From NCBI GenBank assembly GCA_016783675.1, contig JADHWE010000002.1, positions 19,690 to 83,689 on the forward strand: DNA of 64,000 bases, in the 5' to 3' direction. The stretch is from Kiritimatiellia bacterium. GTDB lineage: Bacteria > Verrucomicrobiota > Kiritimatiellia > UBA8416 > JABMPJ01. Each line of letters starts with the position of its first letter. The first letter of the stretch is position 1. The position numbers and the translations under genes were made by a program. The notes beneath the pieces were generated by a model, which was not told the DNA's origin, did no database searches, and saw nothing but the letters and a program-made list of their open reading frames with translations. This document shows positions 58,212 to 64,000 of the stretch, piece by piece.

Positions 58212-60463
58212 AGCTTTACTTCCGTTTCGAGGCGCACGCCGAAGCGTTCCTCGACGGTGTCGCGCACGGTTTCGAGGAGCGCCCGCACGTCTGAAGCCGT
58301 CGCATCGCGGCTGGCCGTAATCAGGTTGCCGTGCCGCTCTGAAACCGTTGCCCCGCCGATGGTTAGGCCCTTCAGTCCGGCCTCATCAATCAAACGCCCG
58401 GCGTGATCGTCCGGCGGGTTCTTGAAGATCGATCCCGCCGACTGGAGCCCCTTCATCCAGACGCGTCGTTCGGCAAATTCGGCCCGCTTCTGTGCGCTCT
58501 CCTCGGGCGATCGATCGCCTGGTATCAGAACCGCCTTGATCGCGATCCGCCCCTTCATACCGCCCGTGCGGTAGCCTACTTCCAAATCATGGCCGTGGAC
58601 TATACAGGGGGTGCCGTCGGGGTTCAAACAGTGAATCAACTTGATGCGTTCGGAGACGCTCTCGCCGTGCGCTCCGGCATTCATACCGAGCGCCCCGCCG
58701 ACGGTTCCGGGGATACCTTCCAGGAACGAGAAGTCGCCGAATTCGCACTTTTCCGCCTTGGCCACGAGGCGAGCCAGGGAGACGGCGGGCCCCACCTCTA
58801 CTCCACCCTCGACCTTCTTGATCATGTTGAACGCCACACCGTCAAGCCGGACGACCACGCCCGGCACGCCGCAGTCGCCCACGAGTACGTTGCTGCCGCC
58901 GCCGAGTGTGCGAAAATCCATACCGTAGCGGTTGCACCACTCCAACACCTCGCGTAGCTGGTCGGGGTCGCGCATGCGGCCCCAATACTCCGCGGCCCCG
59001 CCGATCCCAAAAGTCGTGCGCGAGCCCAGCGGCGTGGCGGGTTCGAGGATGGCGGGACGATCGGGCGGCGTATCCAGAGCCTCCACGCCCCAGCACCCCC
59101 CGCAAGCGGCGGCCCACTGCGCCACGCGCTCGACATCGCCCGCTCCGATTACCAGCACCGTATCGCCCGGGCGGGCGACGCGCTGCAGGTGGTACCACGC
59201 CCGTTCGAGCGTGTCCGTCAGGAGCGGCACGGGGACGTCCTCGGCCGCGCGGAAGTGGCGATAGAGCGACCAGACGCGTCCGTCGGCACGGGCCGGCTCC
59301 GAGGCGGCATAGACCGGCACCAGCACGAGTTCATCCACACCCACGAACGCAGAGGGGAAATCGGCGCCCAGGCGGGCAGTACGACTGTAGCGGTGTGGCT
59401 GGAAGACGGCCAGGAGGCGTCCCTTGGTGGGGGGGCAGACGGTGTCGACCACGGCACGAATCTCGGTGGGGTGATGGGCGTAGTCGGAAATGACGCGCAC
59501 ACCGCCGGCGGTGCTCACGCACTCCATGCGACGGGTGGGCAGGCGACGTTGGCTGATGCCCTCCTGGATCTCCTCATGCATGAGCCCGGCCCATTCGCCG
59601 ACCAGCACGGTGGCGATGGCGTTGAGATAGTTATGCGCACCGGCGGCGACGCCCAGCGGGACCACGCCCAGGCGCGGACCGTTGGCAGCGCTGTAGCCGA
59701 TTGCGTCGGACCGGTTGGCCAGCAGGCGGGTGGCATGCGTGTCCTCGTTGCAGTAGATGATGTGTTCGGAGGTCTGGTCGATCACGCGGCGGAAACAGTC
59801 GAGCAACATCGCTTCGTCGGTGTAGTACTCCGCGTGGTCGAACTCGATGCCGGTCACAACGGTCAGGGCAGGATGGTAGGCGGCGAGCGTACCGTCGCTC
59901 TCGTCAGCTTCTACAACCAGCAGGCGCTCTTCATCATGCCCGACCGATGCGACAGCCCCGAGCGCGGTGGACTCCCCCCCGATACACCAGCCCACCTGGC
60001 GACCGGCCGCTCGCAGCATTTGCACGATAAAGGTGGCCGTGGTGGTCTTGCCGTGCGTACCGCATACGGCGACGGTGCGGTAGTTCGTTGCGAAGCGCGC
60101 CACGACATGACCGCGCCGGAACACGGGAATGTTGGCCGCGCGGGCGGCTTCGAGCTCGGGATGGTCGGGCGGCACGGCCGTACTGGCGATGACCCAGTCC
60201 ACATCTTCAGACACGTGCGCAGGGTCATGGCCGCGGCTGACGTCCATGCCGCGATTGGCCAGCGACTTGGCCAGGGGGCCCGGGTTGAGATCGCAGCCGG
60301 AGACGCGGTGCCCTGTCTCCCCAAGTAAAATGGCGAGACCGGCCATGCCGACCCCGCCAATACCGAGCAGGTGCACGGAGCTGCCTTCCTGGGCCAGGCA
60401 GGCGTCGATCTGGTTGGCCTCGCTGTCGATCAGGCCGCCGTTTTCGGTCACGTCAGGCCTCAC
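58205..60463 (-). CDS. murC: Fused UDP-N-acetylmuramate--L-alanine ligase (MurC) / UDP-N-acetylenolpyruvoylglucosamine reductase (MurB)
   Basis: N-terminal Mur ligase (GIGGVGMAGLA, GTHGKTTT). C-terminal FAD-binding MurB domain (GIGGAAEY...GGGSNVLV). GTG start overlaps the GT2 stop. Confidence 0.8.
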   Translation of the reverse strand: MRPDVTENGGLIDSEANQIDACLAQEGSSVHLLGIGGVGMAGLAILLGETGHRVSGCDLNPGPLAKSLANRGMDVSRGHDPAHVSEDVDWVIASTAVPPDHPELEAARAANIPVFRRGHVVARFATNYRTVAVCGTHGKTTTATFIVQMLRAAGRQVGWCIGGESTALGAVASVGHDEERLLVVEADESDGTLAAYHPALTVVTGIEFDHAEYYTDEAMLLDCFRRVIDQTSEHIIYCNEDTHATRLLANRSDAIGYSAANGPRLGVVPLGVAAGAHNYLNAIATVLVGEWAGLMHEEIQEGISQRRLPTRRMECVSTAGGVRVISDYAHHPTEIRAVVDTVCPPTKGRLLAVFQPHRYSRTARLGADFPSAFVGVDELVLVPVYAASEPARADGRVWSLYRHFRAAEDVPVPLLTDTLERAWYHLQRVARPGDTVLVIGAGDVERVAQWAAACGGCWGVEALDTPPDRPAILEPATPLGSRTTFGIGGAAEYWGRMRDPDQLREVLEWCNRYGMDFRTLGGGSNVLVGDCGVPGVVVRLDGVAFNMIKKVEGGVEVGPAVSLARLVAKAEKCEFGDFSFLEGIPGTVGGALGMNAGAHGESVSERIKLIHCLNPDGTPCIVHGHDLEVGYRTGGMKGRIAIKAVLIPGDRSPEESAQKRAEFAERRVWMKGLQSAGSIFKNPPDDHAGRLIDEAGLKGLTIGGATVSERHGNLITASRDATASDVRALLETVRDTVEERFGVRLETEVKLW

Positions 60464-61434
60464 GCATGGGGTTCAACGGTTTCCTTGATCACGTAGACCG
60501 GCTTATCCTGCGATTCATGCCAGGTTCGGATCTGCAGTTCGGCTAGCAGCCCCATGCAGACAAACTGGATACCGCAGAAAATAAGCATGAACGAGGTGAT
60601 CAGCCAGAACGGACGTTTCACAAGCTCGGAGCCGAACTCGGTGCCAAAGAGATGATAGGAGAGATGCCCCAGCACCATGAACGCGAACATGAGCGCGCCG
60701 GGCACTCCGAACCACATGCCGATCTTGCCGAAGATCTGCATCGGGCCTTTGCTGTAGTGCAGGAGGAACTTCACCGTGAAGAGGTCGAGGATCACCTTGA
60801 AGGTGCGCGTGATGCCGTACTTGGACGTTCCGAACTGGCGCGCCTGGTGATTGACGGGCACCTCGGTCACCTTGCCGCCCACCCAGTCGGCGAGGGCGGG
60901 GATGAAGCGGTGCATCTCGCCGTAGAGATGGACGTTCTGCATCACTTCGCGGCGGTAGGCCTTGAGGGTGCAGCCGTAATCGTGGAGGTGGACGCCCGTA
61001 ATCTTGCTAATCAGGCCGTTGGCCAGCATGGAGGGAAGGCGCCGGTTGATGAACGGGTCCTTGCGGTCTTTGCGCCAACCACTGACCACATCATAGCCCT
61101 CGTCCATACGCTTGAGCAGAAGCGGAATATCGGCCGGGTCGTTCTGCAGGTCGGCGTCCAGCGTGACAACGATGTCGCCGCGCGACTCTCGGAAGCCGGC
61201 GCTCATGGCGGCGGTCTGGCCGAAGTTGCGACGGAAGCGGATCAGGCGCAGGCACGGCAGCTTTTGTGCCTCCTCGTTGAGGATTTCCCACGTGCGATCC
61301 GAGCTGCCGTCATCGACCAGTACGATCTCGTACGAGAGCCCCAATCCCGACACCGCCACGTGGATCTTCTCGCATAGCAGCGCCACGCTCTCTTCTTCAT
61401 TATAGACTGGAACAACAACCGAAAGATCCATCAT
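60460..61434 (-). CDS. GT2 polyprenyl-phosphate glycosyltransferase (ArnC/GtrB/DPM1-like)
   Basis: VVVPVYNEEES...VLVDDGSSD...DADLQ motifs and two C-terminal TM helices. The start is taken at MMDLS after an AAGGGGG RBS. Confidence 0.75.
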   Translation of the reverse strand: MMDLSVVVPVYNEEESVALLCEKIHVAVSGLGLSYEIVLVDDGSSDRTWEILNEEAQKLPCLRLIRFRRNFGQTAAMSAGFRESRGDIVVTLDADLQNDPADIPLLLKRMDEGYDVVSGWRKDRKDPFINRRLPSMLANGLISKITGVHLHDYGCTLKAYRREVMQNVHLYGEMHRFIPALADWVGGKVTEVPVNHQARQFGTSKYGITRTFKVILDLFTVKFLLHYSKGPMQIFGKIGMWFGVPGALMFAFMVLGHLSYHLFGTEFGSELVKRPFWLITSFMLIFCGIQFVCMGLLAELQIRTWHESQDKPVYVIKETVEPHA

Positions 61435-61608
61435 ACCCCCTTGCGGAAAAGCGTTCCGCAACTCTTAACACACACCCCTTTCCAGCGATAGGATAAAGTG
61501 TGAGGCTTATCCTTCACGGCTCGCTGGGGACAGCTCGCCCTACCTTACCATCGGCAGAGATGTGTCCTTGAACCAGGTAGGGCGATCTCTCCGAGCGAGC
61601 CGCAGTCG

Positions 61609-62391
61609 CTAGCGATCAGGGCATCCCTTCTGCCGTATCATGCGGAGGAGGATGGCTGGGAGGGTGCAGCGGTGGCCGATGGTGCGGCCGCCGGGCGGGA
61701 GGACGCGGAAGCCGCGCATGATGGCGCCGGCCGGGTCTTTTGGATCGAGTTCCCGGTTGAGGAGCGTGGCGTAGCGCCCAGCGTAGCGGGCTTCGTTCTG
61801 GCCGGGCAAGGGGTCGCTTCCCGCCAGCACGCGTGCGCCCGCCTTGATGGCCTGCCGCATGATGCGGCCGCGCGGCCACTCGCGCGGACGCATTGTGGTG
61901 TCGCCCAGCCAGAGGCGTTCGGGCGCGAAATGCTCAACCAGGGCGCGGACGGTGTGCGACCGGCCAAACCACCACTTACCGAAGGCCCACGTCAGCACCG
62001 GAATGCTTCCCGCTGCCAGGATGGCGCGAATCAGGTCGGCCGCCGGAGTATTGTCGGCCAGCTCGAGGTCGCGGCCCAGAACCAGCACTTCCAGCCGCTC
62101 AGCCGTGACGATTTGCCGTCCCGGGAGGATATGGAGCGGTCCTGCCTCCGTTTCGATACGCAACACGATACCGCCCCGGCTCTCGATGGCCTGAACAGCG
62201 AAATCCGTCTCGGGAACCTTACCGGCCGTAGCCCAGTCGGCATAGACATGCTGCCCGGCCCGCTCCGTCAGGCAGATCACCGGCATCGCGGCCGGCGCCA
62301 GGGCCTGGAGTCGGGCGACCGTATCGACCAGGAAACGACCCGCATCGTACTCCGGGTAGATATGAACATGTGTATCAGCCACAATAGGCAT
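61609..62391 (-). CDS. Hypothetical protein (possible metal-dependent hydrolase; HVHIYPEYD motif)
   Basis: 260 aa from the internal MPIVADTHVHIY. The longer ORF-track N-terminus is probably non-coding. Confidence 0.35.
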   Translation of the reverse strand: MPIVADTHVHIYPEYDAGRFLVDTVARLQALAPAAMPVICLTERAGQHVYADWATAGKVPETDFAVQAIESRGGIVLRIETEAGPLHILPGRQIVTAERLEVLVLGRDLELADNTPAADLIRAILAAGSIPVLTWAFGKWWFGRSHTVRALVEHFAPERLWLGDTTMRPREWPRGRIMRQAIKAGARVLAGSDPLPGQNEARYAGRYATLLNRELDPKDPAGAIMRGFRVLPPGGRTIGHRCTLPAILLRMIRQKGCPDR

Positions 62392-62499
62392 AACGGTCGA
62401 AGTATGCCGTGAAGCACTGGTGGTGTAAATGGACATTCGACATTTCTTGACGGCGCGATGCGCATCCGGCACCGTTAGCGCAAATCGAAAGGACGCTCC

Positions 62500-63135
62500 A
62501 TGGAACCTGTTATCGAACCCGGCGCAACTATGCTCTTCCAGGGCGACAGCATTACAGATGCAGGGCGCGGTGCGCTCGACCCGGAGAACCTGGGCGCCGG
62601 TTATGCCATGATGGCCGCGAGTTGGTTTTCGGCTGCCTACCCGGAACACAATGTGCGCTTCATCAACCGCGGCGTCAGCGGCAATCGCGCCGTCGACCTC
62701 GAGCAGCGCTGGGAGCGTGACTGCCTGGACCTAAAACCGGATTGGGTCTCGATTATGATCGGGATCAACGATACCTGGCGCGCCTTCGACAGCAATGACC
62801 CCACGGCCACCGAGGACTACGAATCGGCCTATCGCACTATTCTGACCCAGACGGTCAATCAACTCGGATCGCACCTGGTGCTGATCGAGCCGTTTGTGTT
62901 GCCCTTCCCGGAGGACCGCAAGGCCTGGCGCGAGGACCTTGATCCCCGCATCCAGGTTGTTCGCTCCCTGGCCGACGAATTTGATGCTATCCTGGTGCCG
63001 ATGGACGGCATCATGAATGCCGCCGCCGAGAAGCGCGATCCGGATTTCTGGGCACCCGACGGCGTGCATCCGACACCGGCCGGCCACGCGCTGATCGCGC
63101 AATCCTGGCTGCGCGCGGTGAAGGCCATTGCGTAG
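62500..63135 (+). CDS. SGNH/GDSL-family hydrolase
   Basis: GDSIT block I, GVSGN block II, GINDT block III and DGVHP block V. Confidence 0.7.
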   Translation: MEPVIEPGATMLFQGDSITDAGRGALDPENLGAGYAMMAASWFSAAYPEHNVRFINRGVSGNRAVDLEQRWERDCLDLKPDWVSIMIGINDTWRAFDSNDPTATEDYESAYRTILTQTVNQLGSHLVLIEPFVLPFPEDRKAWREDLDPRIQVVRSLADEFDAILVPMDGIMNAAAEKRDPDFWAPDGVHPTPAGHALIAQSWLRAVKAIA

Positions 63136-63147
63136 AGGAGACTGCTG

Positions 63148-64000
63148 TTGAAGATACTGTTGCTGGCACCGCATCCGTTCTACCAGGAACGCGGTACGCC
63201 CATTGCCGTGCGCCTGCTGGCGGAGACGCTGGCGGAAGACGGGCACACGGTTGATCTGCTCTGCTATCACGAAGGCGATGACATCGAGATCCATCCGCGC
63301 GTAACGGTCCACCGCAGTCCGGCCCCACCGGGGGTACATGGGATCAAGCCGGGCTTCACGGTGAAGAAGCTCTTCTGTGACGCCTGGATGGCGCCGGCAG
63401 CCATGCGCATGGCGCGACAGAGACAATACGATGTGGTTCACGCCGTCGAGGAATCGGTCTTCATGGCCATGCGGATCCGCAAGCGCACAGGTCTCCCCTA
63501 CGTGTTCGACATGGACTCCTCCATGCCGCGCCAGATCGTGGAGAAGCTCCCGTGGATGCGTCCGGTGCTGGGTTCGATGTGCGCACTGGAGCGGCGCGCT
63601 ATCCGTCATGCGGCGGCCGTGGTGCCGGTCTGCGACTACCTGGCCGATATTGCGCGCGAGAGCGGGGCCAGGGAGATTGCGATCCTGCGCGATGTCCCGA
63701 TGGGCGCTGAGCCGGATGCAGCGACAGATGTCACGTCGCTGGACCTGCCGCAACTGGAGGGCCCTCTTTTCCTCTATGTAGGCAACCTCGAGCGCTACCA
63801 GGGCATTGACCTGATGATCGAGGCCTTTACCCGGCACTGTTCCTGCGGTGGAGCAGGATCCCTGCTCATCGTCGGGGGGGCGGCGGGTGACGTGGAGGCC
63901 TACCGAAAGAAAGCACTGCAACTCGACAGTGCCGGTCGCATCGTCCTCGCCGGTCCGCGCCCGGTCGCCCAACTCCCGCTCCTGCTGAAGCAGGCCGACA
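63148..64000 (+). CDS. GT4-family glycosyltransferase, 3'-partial (runs off the window)
   Basis: TTG start 7 nt after an AGGAG RBS. Translation LKILLLAPHPFYQERGTPIAVR...FLYVGNLERYQGIDL is typical of GT4. The ORF-track frame 63377..63781 is out of frame and rejected. Confidence 0.65.
   Translation, partial: MKILLLAPHPFYQERGTPIAVRLLAETLAEDGHTVDLLCYHEGDDIEIHPRVTVHRSPAPPGVHGIKPGFTVKKLFCDAWMAPAAMRMARQRQYDVVHAVEESVFMAMRIRKRTGLPYVFDMDSSMPRQIVEKLPWMRPVLGSMCALERRAIRHAAAVVPVCDYLADIARESGAREIAILRDVPMGAEPDAATDVTSLDLPQLEGPLFLYVGNLERYQGIDLMIEAFTRHCSCGGAGSLLIVGGAAGDVEAYRKKALQLDSAGRIVLAGPRPVAQLPLLLKQAD

Noticed and set aside
63377-63781. 134-aa W/R/C-rich ORF
   Set aside because: It is out of frame relative to the clearly homologous GT4 glycosyltransferase reading frame, which starts at TTG 63148.

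Overview
High-GC Gram-negative chromosomal segment, probably from the PVC group (Verrucomicrobia-like); that phylum call is inference only. Most of the window is core genes arranged in long co-directional arrays. (1) 1-9.1 kb, minus strand: a complete type IVa pilus cluster, pilT-secretin-pilB-pilC-pilin-pilM-pilN-pilO. Its secretin gene carries an in-frame TAG. (2) 9.3-22.3 kb: an orphan TPR-PgaB-like deacetylase/glycosidase fusion, a lower-GC patch with small secreted and Cys-rich ORFs, an Ldh_2-family dehydrogenase, a PabB-PabC fusion, and a three-gene envelope signalling module (TPR outer-membrane beta-barrel, FecR-domain protein, CHASE2 adenylate cyclase). (3) 22.4-35 kb: H+-pyrophosphatase, an MBL hydrolase, a NusG paralog downstream of ruvAB, the ion-transport cluster trkA-trkH-SLC12-like-corA, and tRNA-Phe. 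(4) 35.3-60.5 kb, minus strand: one ~25 kb co-directional array, murC/murB fusion-ddl-ftsQ-ftsA-ftsZ, then a full type II secretion operon gspEFGHIJKLMD, then rplM-rpsI, a DEAD-box helicase, and argJ-argB-argD-argG. (5) GT2, SGNH hydrolase and a partial GT4 at the 3' end. Non-coding signals are unusually rich: two families of GC-rich palindromic repeat elements (one in two copies in unrelated intergenic regions, one tandemly amplified inside the T2SS operon), heptamer repeat arrays upstream of the pilin and FecR-domain genes, and several strong hairpins. No CRISPR array, no integrase or transposase, and no recognisable defence genes were seen. The most plausible candidates for an undescribed functional unit are the TPR-OMP/FecR/CHASE2-cyclase module and the repeat-decorated T2SS operon.
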